This document shows, piece by piece, positions 43,420-55,100 of a stretch of DNA of 64,000 nt. Under the pieces are notes generated by a model. The model was not told the origin of the DNA and made no database searches. It worked only from the letters and a program-made list of their open reading frames with translations. The first letter of the stretch is position 1. Each line of letters begins with the position of its first letter. Source of the stretch: Heteronotia binoei (Eukaryota). The stretch spans positions 40,486,001 to 40,550,000 of the forward strand of contig NC_083227.1 in the NCBI RefSeq assembly GCF_032191835.1, written 5' to 3'. The position numbers and the translations under genes were made by a program.

Positions 43420-46400
43420 TTAATTTCTGAATCTTGCAAGAGTTCTCTGGATCTTGGACAAAAGTTTATAGGTCTCGATAAAGTAATCATAGGTTATGGT
43501 GACCAGCCAATGTCTTGTCCAGCCGTTTCCAGCTACTGATTTTTGACAGAGTAAAAGGTCACTCTGAAACAGCATTTTTTCTGAGGCACCGCTAGCAGTA
43601 TAGAAAAGGTAGGGTTAAGACCTCATATGAAAGATGCAGCTATTCTAACAATATATTGCAGATATGTTCATTTAAACATCATGCCCTTCCTCACCATGTG
43701 TTCAGAATTTACAGTTTATAAATAATTTACTCTGCACAGGTCTAGCATGAAGTTATCTGCTCTGTATCTGGGAGGAGTCTGGAGATGGCCCAATTCAGGA
43801 GCTACCTAGTTTGGTTTAGTGGTTAAGTGGGAGAACTGGGTTTGATCCCCCACTTCTCCACTTGCGGCTGCTGGAATGGCCTTGGGTCAGCCACAGCTAT
43901 CACAGAGCTGTCCTTGAAAGGGCGTCTGGGAGAGCTGTCTCAGCCCCACCTACCTCACTGGGTGTCTGTTGTGTTGGGGAAAGGTAGAAGAGATTGTAAG
44001 TTGCTCTGAGACACTGAGATTCAGAGTGCAGGGTGGGGTATAAATCTAATATCATCATCTTCTGTCGTCTTTTTTAACAAAGATGGGATTCTGAGTTCCA
44101 TGGGCAATGTGACACACCAAGAGCTGAATCTCTGGGTGGGTCACAAACTGACCAGTAGTTCCATGGCTTGTTTTCAAAGTTGAAATACACGTTGGTGTGC
44201 AACAGCATAACCTAAATATGTACACTGTACAGAGGATGTTCTACAGGGGGTTGAAATCAAATGCTGAGAATATTATTGAAGAGAACCAAATTAAACTCGT
44301 TGCTGTAGCAATAAGGAATATATTTTCAATGGTAAAAAATATAATCCTTAATACTCCACACCCTTCATCAGTGCTTCTCATCTCTACGTCCTGTAATGAT
44401 TGCCTTACTCTGTTCAGTTGTATGGTCAGCTAGGGTTGCCAGCTCCAGGTCGGGAAATTCCTGGGGAGGGTTAAGCCTGGGGAATGCAGGGTTTGGGCAA
44501 AGGAGGGATGGTTCAGTGCCATAGAGTCTATCTTCCAAAACAGCCACTTTCTTCAAGCGAACTTATCTGTTGGCTGCAGACTGTAATACAGGGGTGGGGA
44601 ACCTCCGTCCCTTGATGTGGCCCTCGGGGATTGCTGGGCCGAACCGAGCCATGTGGCAGCCTCTCTGGGGCCTGGCTGGCTGGCCAGAATTGCTGCAGGG
44701 CCTGGAAAAGTTACTGTCACAGTTCAGTTTGCACTTGATTATCCCAGATGGTGTGGCCTAATATGCTAATGAGTGTGTGACCTAATATGCTAATATTAGG
44801 GAATGTGGTCTAATATGCTACTGAGTTCCTGCTGGGCTTTTTCTACAAAAAAAGCCCTGTACCTATGCATTTGCCTAAGGCGGCAGGCCGTGTGTGTGTG
44901 TGTGTGCGCGCGCGCCAGATTAGGCTCTCCCCACATGACTTCAAATAGAAAAACAATTATTTGCATTAATTTTGCTGGCCTGAATCATTCTCCCTCGGCA
45001 GAGCACTGTTTTTTAAGTTGATAATTTTTTATGGCCCATGAATGAAGTTATAAATATCCATACGGCCCTTGGCAGAAAAAAGGTTCCCCACCTCTGCTGT
45101 AATACCTGTAGGTCTCCAGGCCCTACCTGGAGGCTAGCAGCCTTAGGACCAGCCCTTAAAGAAAAATCAAATGCAGGTAAGTAGTGTTCTCTCAAAATGT
45201 CAGTTGTTTTCACTTGAAGAAACACAAAGAAGAGCAGGAAGGAGTTCTAGCCCCTGATTCAGACAGGCATGTCAGAGAAGAAGAGATGGCCATTCATTTT
45301 CATGTTCTGTCTTAAGCTTTGTGCAACATGATCAAGTATTGTAAAGATTTGGTTTTAGAAACCCTGGTGATCTCTCCCAGCTCCCAATCTATAGGAACTG
45401 GAAGGTGAAAGAATGAACTGCCATGATTTCCCTAGGCCTGCCCAAACAAGGGTTTCAGCACCTGTGGGCAGGCTTAAAGTATGTGGGCTATACAACTTTC
45501 TTGTCAGTAGGCTCACTGAATTCTCTAGGGGCTGGGCAGAAATGGCTTGAGAGCCAGTGTAGCATAGTAATTAGAGCGTCAGACGAGGAGACCCAGGTTC
45601 GAATGCCTATTCTGCCAAGAAAGTTTGGCAATCACTCACTCTCATCCTAGCCTGACTACACAGGGTTGTTGTGAGGATAAAATGAACAACAGCATTACAT
45701 CAGCCACTCTGGGTCCCCACTGTCAGGGACAATGTGTCCGACTCTCCCGGTCCCTCCGGGAGATGCAAAGAAAAAGAGTGTCAGTTGGGAGTCACGGCTG
45801 AAAGGTCCCTCCCCCTTTCCCCATTGGCTGAGGTAGTCAGGGGTTACAGGCTCCATGGCTGCCTACTTCATACTCTCTCCTTGATATGTACCCCTCATGT
45901 TACATTGCATGTGCATTTAAATGTACCTATTAGCTAAGCAGGGTGTGTAAGTTAATATTAATTACTTGATTATGCCTGCATACTTGTAACGTATTAGTCT
46001 CTATTGTTATTAATCTTTACTGTTGTCATGGCCTGTTCAACCATGTAATTCCTTTTTACTATAGTAGTTCCGCTTCTGCATTTTAACAATGGCTCATGCA
46101 CCTGTTCTACGGTTCTTAGAGACCTGGTTCTGCTTCTTACCTTTACTAAAGCATCTGGCTCTTTCCCTTGTAAAGTACATTCTGTCTGTTTCAGCTCATT
46201 TTTCATTCCTACATTTCTCTCACCGCTAGGGAGAAAGGTGAGGTATAAATTAAGTAAATCAAATAAGGCAACCTCTGGTGTATGTCACGGGAGAGATTTG
46301 AACATTCAAACCTCTCAAACGTGAAATAATGCTGCCCTAACTTACCAGACTGTAAGGTTTATAAGGAGACAGTATTTTGTGAAGTGCTTTTAATTACAAC

Positions 46401-48748
46401 CATGCTAAACAGTCTTCAGCCCTCCTTCCTCAGCTCACAAAATTTAAAGATCTCTACAGTTTTCCCCTCCCCCACTGTACCACACCAGAGTATTTTAAGA
46501 AAGGTGGTCCCTGCTTATATTCCTGTTTCATCAGTTCTTAGCTTGGAGCTTAAAACTCCAAAGGCTGACAGAACCAACAAGGCCAAAGAGCCTCTAGAAT
46601 ATTTAGGCTTGCCAATCCCCAGGTCCCAGCGGGGGTTCTTCCGCTTTTCCAGGCTCCTTCCTGCCCCCAGTCAGCTGACCGGCAGGGGGAAGCCCCGCCC
46701 CCAGAGGACTATGTGCCTTTCAACCTCCGGAGGCTTCAGTCTCCGATTGAAAGGCTTCCTCTAGGGATGGAGTGTCTGTGTTACTTTGAAGAAGTTGGCA
46801 GCAACTCATGAGTAGAGAGGCCAATCCCTCGCTTCAGAGTAGCCAGAAATGGGGGGGAGGGGGGAAACGTCTGCTGAGCACGTCATTATTCCCTATGTGA
46901 AGATCGATTCTCATAGGGTATAATAGGGAATTGATCTGGAGGTTTCAGGGGCTCTGGGGGAGCTGTTTTTTGAGGTAGAGGCACCACATTTTCAGTATGG
47001 TATCTAGTGCCTCTCCCCAAAGTACCCCCCAAGTTTCAAAAGGATTGGACCAGGGGATCCTATTCTATGAGCCCCCCCAAAAGGTGCCCCTATCCTTCAT
47101 TATTTCCTATGGAAGGAAGACATTTAAAAAGGTGTGCTATCCCTTTAAATGTGATAGCCAGAACTCCCTTGGCGTTCAATTATGCTTGTCACACCCTTGT
47201 TCCTGGCTCCGCCCCCAATGTCTCCTGGCTCCACCCCCAAAGTCCCCAGATATTTCTTGAATTGGACTTGGCAACCCTAAGAATATTTAATTGCTAAGTA
47301 TCTCAGGAATTTTTTTACATCAGTTTCTTCCAAATCCTATATTTGATTTATTGACAACACAATGGTCTGTCTGGTGTTTGGAGCTACCTTAAATGCATCA
47401 AAACATCAGTACAAATCTATCCCAAGGTTGGCCAGAATTTGGCTGCTTGCTCAGAGCCCTTGAAGGTTTGCATGGCTTATTTCAGTGATCTTCAGTTTGG
47501 TACCCATGAGCGCCATACATCAGTGTGATCCCTGGCATCCACTTTCTTCATCCCCAAAGGATTAAGCCAATCCTGCCACTCTTCACTTCACCAGAGTAGG
47601 CAGGTACTTTCCCCAGGTACTGCCCCCAAATCTCCAGGAATTTTCCAAGCCAGAGTTGGCAGCCTTAGAGACAGAATATGCTTCAGAAGAACCCAAAGTA
47701 GGGTTGCCAAGTCCAATTCAAGAAATATCTGGGGACTTTGGGGGTGGAGCCAGGAGACATTAGGGGTGGAGCCAAGATCAAGGCTGTGACAAGCAGAATT
47801 GAATTCCAAAGGGAGTTCTGGCCATCACATTTAAAGTGACAGCACACCTTTTCAATTCATTCCTTCCATAGGAAATAATGAAGGATAGGGGCACCTTCTT
47901 TTGGGGCTCATAGAATTGGACCCCCTGGTCCAATCTTTTTGAAACTTAGGGAGTATATTGGGGAGAGCCACTGGACGCTATACTGAAAATCTGGTGCCTC
48001 TCCCTCAAAAAACAGGGCCCCCAGAGCCCCAGATATCCGCAGATTAGGTACAGCAAGACTCACTAAATCACACCACAGCTTGAGGAGCTCACAAAAACTC
48101 TTCATGTTTACACAAATCTACCTATAATTTCACTAAAATGTTTGCATGGAGTATGAATGTGAGCTGAGTTCCTAAAAATATACTTTATTCAGTTAAAATA
48201 TGCCACTTTTTTTAAAAAAAGAGAACAAACCTGCTGTTTTTATACCTTACTTCACATTCAAAATGGCAAAAATAGCTATTAAAATAGTTTCTAGCAATCT
48301 TGTGACACTCTATAAAGGAAAAGCTCCTCTACTGTGAATGTGAAACAAGAACTCTGAGGGCACAGAATAGGGCACAGACTATTTTCATATAACTCTTCAT
48401 TTACATATATGTCAAGCTAAAGTTGCTTATTGCCTATTCTAATGTTAACCCCCCCACCCACCCCCGCCCAAATATTAACCAGCAGCTGGCAGAAAACAAA
48501 CAGCCCTAATCATGCCAGAAAGAAAACATGTTTCCAAATCTAAAACTTAAAATAGCCCTTGGCCTACTATATACAGAAGGAAATATAGGAAGAGAGGCAT
48601 AGTTAAATTTTAAAAGGCATTGTAGCTTCCAAACAGATCACTATCGTGTAGCACACAGAAAAAACCATAAGAGCTCTGTGTGTGTGTGTGCTTGCTCTCT
48701 TCACATACCCCCATCTAATTTCATCAAGAGACAGGCATCTGTGTTCAT
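43420..48748 (-). other. Candidate unidentified spliced gene (112-aa ORF, or lncRNA/pseudogene) driven by the CpG island at 48.8-49.3 kb
   Basis: Phase-compatible predicted exons 48709-48748, 46141-46208, 44153-44211 and 43420-43591 give MNTDACLLMKLDGGMKNELKQ...VMLLHTNVYFNFENKPWNYCGASEKMLF...RFRN*. No homolog recognised. Confidence 0.3.
46604..47279. mobile_element. Non-autonomous hAT-like element
   Basis: TIRs taggcttgcca / tggcaacccta with an exact 8-bp TSD, agaatatt. An inverted partial copy starts at 47699. Confidence 0.85.
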
Positions 48749-48769
48749 GGCTGACAGTCACAGATCCCA

Positions 48770-49270
48770 GGGACGACTGATTCCGCGCTGAGGTGCCGTG
48801 GCGAGGGCGACGACTGCGCCGAGGAAGGCGCGGGGAGCCCGGTGGAGGCGAGGAGGGGAAACTTAGGGAGCGGAGGGCGGCGCAGGGAGAGCCGCCGCTG
48901 AGGAAGCCAGGGAGGCAGGTCATAGCCCCGGGGGCTCTGGAACGTCCTGCGGGAGCCGGAGCCGCCACAGACCGAGGCCAGGCAGCCGCGAGCCGGCCGA
49001 CCCGCCTTCCCTCAGCCTGCGCCTCAACAGCACGGCGCGCTCTCTCAAACTGAGCCTCAGCCACTGCGCATGCGACAGAAACCTGCGCGTGCCGCTTCAC
49101 ACACGCACGCACACCTCTCCCTCAGAACTTCCTTCTGCAGAGTCAGATTCCTTTCTGAATCTGCAGAAGGCGCCGTTTCCCTCCCCTCCCCTCCCCCCGC
49201 TGCCGTTTTTGGGGGGGGCGGGGGAAGAGACTGGAAAACCTGGTTTCCCCCGCCAGAGCGGGAGGGTTGG
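48770..49270. promoter_or_regulatory. CpG island promoter with an NRF1 site
   Basis: Very GC- and CpG-rich non-repeat DNA, with TGCGCATGCG at 49065-49074. Confidence 0.75.
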
Positions 49271-50836
49271 GACCCCTAACCCAAAGGCATCTTTTGTCCA
49301 CAGGGAGCACCAATTTGGACACAGCTGCTTCCTTTATAGGAGACTACTTGGCTTGGAACTTCCTGGAACATTTTGTGATTAGATCCCAACCATCCCGTTG
49401 GTAGCCATTTTGTGATTGGTCCCACCTCAACAGCAGCCATTTTGTGAGGCACCCACTATTTGTTTTCAAAATCCCAAAAGTGCCCAAAATTCCAAAAGTG
49501 CCCAAAGATTGGGGACCTCTCACTTATTTACTTTAAAAATATATCTTACTTCAAGGCTTAAAACAAAAATGATAAAAGTACAATAGTAATTTCCTAACTG
49601 ATCACTACAAATCAATAAATCAGAAAGTCATTATCCAAGAAAACGCAAACGTTCCAATATGGCTAACTGTTCCTATGAAGCAGGGGCACTCTTAGGGATT
49701 CTGGGGTCCTAAGTAAAAGCTCAGGAGGGAATCCCAGAATTGTCATCATCCCCTGCCAGGGGTCCCTCCTACCCCATCCCGAGGTTCCAAGCAAACAGAA
49801 GTTTTTGCCCTCTATGAGATGTCTGTGGGAGATGCTGCCCCAGCCTTAGATGAAGCAGGCAGCCCATACCCTGAACAACCCAGGTGCTAGGTATCAGGGC
49901 TGGAATCTGCTCTTACTCTGCTCCCCCCCCACCCCTTTCAGTTTGGGGAAAAGATAAGGATGTGGTCTGTCACTCCCCATCCCCCAGCTTGGGCCAGCTG
50001 CTTCTGATGCTGAAGACCACTCCTGCTTTGAAATATGCTTCAGTTAAGAGGCAGCTGCAACCTATAAATCAAAAAGTCAAGAATGCTTCAACAAAAAGCT
50101 GTGTGAGATAAGTAGCCTTACATAGCCTGAATTTAAGAAGTGAACTCATGAAAATTAAAGGGTGGAATAAGATTGGTCCTAAGGAGTGGATGCAATCACA
50201 GTAAATGTTGAGGCTCTTGCAGGCTCCCCAAAATAAGAAATATTTATCAAGTGTTTGCAAAGAGCTATAGTCCCTTTGGTGTATAATATGCATTTATCCA
50301 AGTTTGGGAAGATTCTTATTTACTGTTCCCATAGAGAAGGACTGCACACTGTTGTAGATGTGAATGCAGAAAGTTCAGTTCTTGGTACTGATGCGCCATT
50401 CAGCAAAACTAATGCCATATTTGCTGTTTCTGACCTTCTGGTGGCTTTAAGGCTGCTTAAACAAGCTAAATTCAACTGTGACAAAAACAGAATGTAGTGA
50501 AGTGGGCAAGAGGGTAAGATGTTATGTCTTGGGGACATAGCTGATTTAACAGGACAGTTGCTGACAACAGATTTCTATGATTTTGCAGGACACAGAAAAA
50601 TATTACTGTCTATAATAATACTATCTAACACTTTTAATAAGAAACAAAGATATTTTTATGTGATTTCTATTATAAAAATTATATTAAAATTCCATAAAAT
50701 TTCTGAGGTTATTCATGTTACTTTAAACAAAGGATAAAAAAGATAATTATTATGAGAAAATGTCAGAATACTGATTTTCTAAGCTATTGTGTCATATCTA
50801 AGCTATGATGCCATATATATTTATAAGTCATTTAAA

Positions 50837-51134
50837 AAAGGTAAAGGTAGTCCCTTTGTGCAAGCACCAGTCGTTTCTGACTCCGGGGTGACGTCACATC
50901 ATGATGTTTTCATGGCAAACTTTTTACAGGGTGGTTTGCCATTGCCTTTCCCAGTCATCTACACTTCCCTCCCCCCAGCAAGTTGGGTACTCATTTCACT
51001 GACCTCGGAAGGATGGAAGGCCGAGTCAACCTTGAGCCGGCTACGTGAACCCAGCTTCTGCCGGGATCGAAATCAGGTTGTGAGCAGAGTTTGACTGCAG
51101 TACTGCAGCTTTACAACTCTGCACCAAGGGGCTC
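50837..51134 (-). mobile_element. Sauria-type SINE
   Basis: Same family as 508-800, with a 12-bp TSD tttataagtcat (50820-50831 / 51137-51148). Confidence 0.85.
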
Positions 51135-51184
51135 TCCTTTATAAGTCATAATACCAAAAATATTGAGTCACTTTTTGTGTGTGT

Positions 51185-51377
51185 GTCATGTTGATCTCTG
51201 GTGACTGACCCCTACTTGAGGCCTGGACATTCAGAGAGGTGGCTGAATAGAACCTGCCCCTGTCCGCACAACTGGGTACTTCAACGTAGTTTCCCATCCA
51301 AGTACTAACCACAGCCAACCCTGCTTAGCTTCCAAGATCTGGCAAGATCACGCTTTCCTGGACTATCCAGGTCAGGG
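51185..51377 (-). mobile_element. 5S rRNA-derived SINE (SINE3-like)
   Basis: The minus strand reads gatcttgccagatcttggaagctaagcagggttggctgtggttagtacttggatggga, matching the 5S rRNA internal control region, then diverges into a non-5S body. A second copy lies at about 54445-54660. Confidence 0.75.
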
Positions 51378-52127
51378 TTCATGTCACATTTTTAAAGCTG
51401 TAGCGTCACTTTTTTGTTGTATACATTGTGTGTGTGTGTTTAATTATTTTTTTAACCTAAGGAATGTCCTTAACATTTGTAAAATTGCCCTTTATATTGT
51501 GTCTCTGGTAATTACATTTTTCATGTGTTTTCCCCCATTCCCCTTTTTCCATTCTGCACACCTTTACAAATTCAAAATAAAATTTATTTTTAAAAAGAAA
51601 AATATTACTATTTCTGGAGAACTCCAAATAAGTCAGAGGAAATTGCAAGCTTGGCAAACATACATATATAGAAAGAAGCAAAGCCTATAGTTTGTATCAG
51701 GAAGACATCTGAGCATGTCTTAAAGTTTTTTGATACACTGTATAAGAAGTTAACTCTGAAGCCTTACTAACAGATTCCTTGGGATTACTGAGGTTCTCCT
51801 CTATTCAAATAAAGTTCTGTCTGCTTCTAGAATCTCACCAGCTGGGTTCATCACTGGGCACTGGCACACCAGGCAATAGACCCCGTTGGCTAACAGTACT
51901 GCAAGTTAAATCATCTCAGGTAGCAGATGCTGAATACCTTTCTGTATTAGAGAGGTGCTGCCAGTCAACGTAGATAATACTAAGAGACAGGCTAGTGGTT
52001 TGGCTCAGTGTATTCTTCCCACATACTCAGCTTCATACGTATTCACAACTTAAACCGAATATCTCTGTGGATTCTTAGGTGGCCTTTAGAGCTAACCCCA
52101 CCCCCAGAGCAGAAGGTATATGCAACT

Positions 52128-55100
52128 TCAGGGACACAGTCTGAGCTGTGATCTCATTCCCACCCACAGCCAGGGATAGATGACCTCCCCTCCAAAAGAA
52201 ATTGATGAGAAAGTAAATATACAGGTATCCTGCTCTACATCAAAAAACGCTACCTGGCCTGCCTCATAGTCCAGACATACCTGGACTATTTGGTGCGCCT
52301 TGCTCAGGGGCAGAGGAGTTGGAGGGGAGGTCAGTGCTCGGTAATGATCAAATCCTAAATGCTCTAAAGCCCAGATTCCCTCTTCAGGCCGGAAGTCGAG
52401 CTTTTTCTTCTTCTTCACCGATCCTTTGGCCACGCCCACAGCCCAACATCCCCCTTCCACCACCAGTACCTCCCAGCAGTGTTTCCCAGAGCTAAACCCT
52501 TTGCTGCCTAGCACGCAGGGGTACACATTCATTGGGTCTCGGGATGAGGCACGTTTCTGGCGTGTATCCCCCAACTTCACGCTTTTCCCATTGTCGGACA
52601 GGATAAGGTAGGGGCCTGCTGTGTCCAGATCCAATGTCATAGCTTCTGCAACAAGACAGATGGGATCACAGGATTAGAGCCTGTCTCCACCACTAATCTA
52701 CTACTGGGTAGTGCCCTGACATATTGGAGCTACTGTAAATTGGAGGCTCTGGCCCAAGCCACACTTAATGCAAGAGAACCTGAACCTTTAAGGAAGAGTA
52801 CCACTCCTCTCAAAACATGCATAAAGGCATGCTGTTAAGCAACACCTCCACCAATCTAAGTGAAGCTGCCATTTATTGATCATCCAGCCCATTACTGCTT
52901 TCAGGCACCTGTTTAGTACATCCCCAGTTGCTCCCCTTATTTATTCTTTCATTTGCAAGTTAATTCTCAGCCTCACATACTGACAGGAGGTATAGGTTTC
53001 AGTGTGGGAATACCATTTGGGAGAATCTGATCCTTCTGCCAACATGAACACTTCTGATCTGTCTGACACCTACTGTCACAATTGCATACTTACCTTTTTC
53101 TTGATCTGTCTGCACACCTATTGTCACAGCTGCATCGACTCCTTTTTCTTGATGTGTCTGCACACCTATTGTCACAGTTGCATCGACTCCTTTTTCTTGA
53201 TCTGTCTGCACACCTATTGTCACAGCTGCATCGACTCCTTTTTCTTGATCTGTCTGCACACCTATTGTCACAGCTGCATCGACTCCTTTTTCTTGATCTG
53301 TCTGCACACCTATAGTCACAGTTGCATCCTCTCCTTTTCCTTGCAATTCAAGCGTCAAAATGTCTAAATAAGAGCAAAAGAAGAGAAAAAGTGCTGACTT
53401 CGTTCTACTTTGTTTGATATTTCATGTATCATCTCATTAACATACAAAAACAGTGAAGGGGGTGGAAACAGTCCAGGAGGAAGAGAATCCAGGTTTGAGG
53501 TCATGCCCATGACACCTAATACCCTAAATTCTGCAGTAAATTAACACATCAGAAATATTTTCTCAGTGACCACTGTTACAGGAGTTGCCCCCCTCCAGTT
53601 GCACATCCATAAACCTCTTCGGACATTTCCAAAGGAAGGGGGGACATACTCAAAAAGTAAGCCAAAGGAGGAGATGGGATGGTTACATTCAGCAAGCTAC
53701 TTTGGGCAGAAGCACACATTCAACCTTCATATTGAGTCCTCAAAGCCAGGGTCCAAGTAAGGCTGATAGGATGTGATTTCCAGAGCAGAAATAGACAGCA
53801 CTTAACCCTTCCTTCAGCTGCTGTAACTCCCAGGCATTTCAATTGTTTCTAGAACAATGATTTCATTACAAATTGGATAAGGAATGTGGGTTGAGGAAAG
53901 AGGACAAAACATGTCACAGAAAGAAGACAAAAGCTGTAGGACAAGGTATGGAACACCCTCCAGTTTCTCTCTCTGGAAACTCTGCCTTCATGCTTCTGCT
54001 TCACAAAGAAGGTGCATAGGTCAGGCAGAGGAGGAGAGAGGGAGAACAGGCCATTCTGCATAGTCCAGTTCTTCCAAAGTGACCATTTTTCCAGGTTCCT
54101 TTCATATCCTGCTAGGAGAACAATGCATATGCATTGTCCTTTGCCATCTACCACTTCCAAATATGGAAGTCAGTATATTTTCCATGTCTCCTTAAATATA
54201 ATTCCTACCAAGGAAGAGGAGAGGTAAGCTCTTTAGTTTGGACCATTTTTCTCTTCCTTGCTTACTAACCCTGCCACTCTAGGTGCAGGTATAACATAAG
54301 CACCTTTACCCTTTCAAAAAAATTACATTTCTGGAATCCAGATGAATCAAGCTTCCTGTTCCTTTAAACTTCCTTCTTCTTGTACAGACTAATAAGCAAG
54401 TGTTTACAGTGGTTTTCTTTTTTTCTTTTTGCATTTTTTAATGTGTGTGAGTGCACCTGAAAGTCATGGCAGCTTCTGGTGACTAACCCCTACTGGGGGC
54501 ATGGAATGTATTCAGAGAGGTGGCTGAATGAAGCCTGCCCCTGCCCTCCCGACTGCTGGTATTCCAACAAAGTTTCCCATCCAAGTACTTGCCAGAGTCG
54601 CCCTGCTTAGCATCTGAGATCTGACAAGACTGGGCTTGCCTGGACTATCCAGATCAGGACTTTCCAGTGGTCTTCAATATGTAAAATAACTGTCTGGCCC
54701 AGACATAAACATGGTCTTTTCAGCTAGTGTAACAGGTAGAATACAGAAATATACCCAAGAAATTCAGACACCAGTCAAAGAAGTGCAGTGAAATAGCCAA
54801 TACAAACTGTATTGGGGACTGTTAGCCATAAATTAGGTTTTCGATGCTGAAAGTCAGACATCAGGTTTTGAGGATTTTGTTATTATCTGACAGGTACCCG
54901 ATGAAAAGGACCACTGACTCCCAAAACCTTATATCCTGAAAGTCTTGGTCTCTTGAGGTGCTGAACTTGAATCTAAATGTTTAACATGATCCAAAGAGAT
55001 ATCAGATCTTCAGTTTAAGTTCCCTGATTAGCTACTGGAAGTGTTGCAGTATGCCCAGAAGGGCTTCAATGGATACAGCAGAGATTTTTCTGAGGCATGC

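Noticed and set aside
44890-44915. (GT)n(GC)n potential Z-DNA tract and other microsatellites
   Set aside because: Short, common simple repeats with no contextual evidence of function.
48603-49382. Long Ala/Arg/Pro-rich ORFs in the CpG island
   Set aside because: Stop-poor because of GC richness; no domain signal.
51290-51350. Possible 5S rRNA gene
   Set aside because: Partial and mutated, lacks the 5S termini, and continues into a repeat body. It is a SINE head.
53054-53333. CRISPR-like array
   Set aside because: Eukaryotic DNA with contiguous repeats and no unique spacers; it is a coding minisatellite.
54060-54115. MVTLEELDYAEWPVL, faintly KRAB-A-like, in a TRIM intron
   Set aside because: Key KRAB residues are missing and an in-frame stop lies just upstream.
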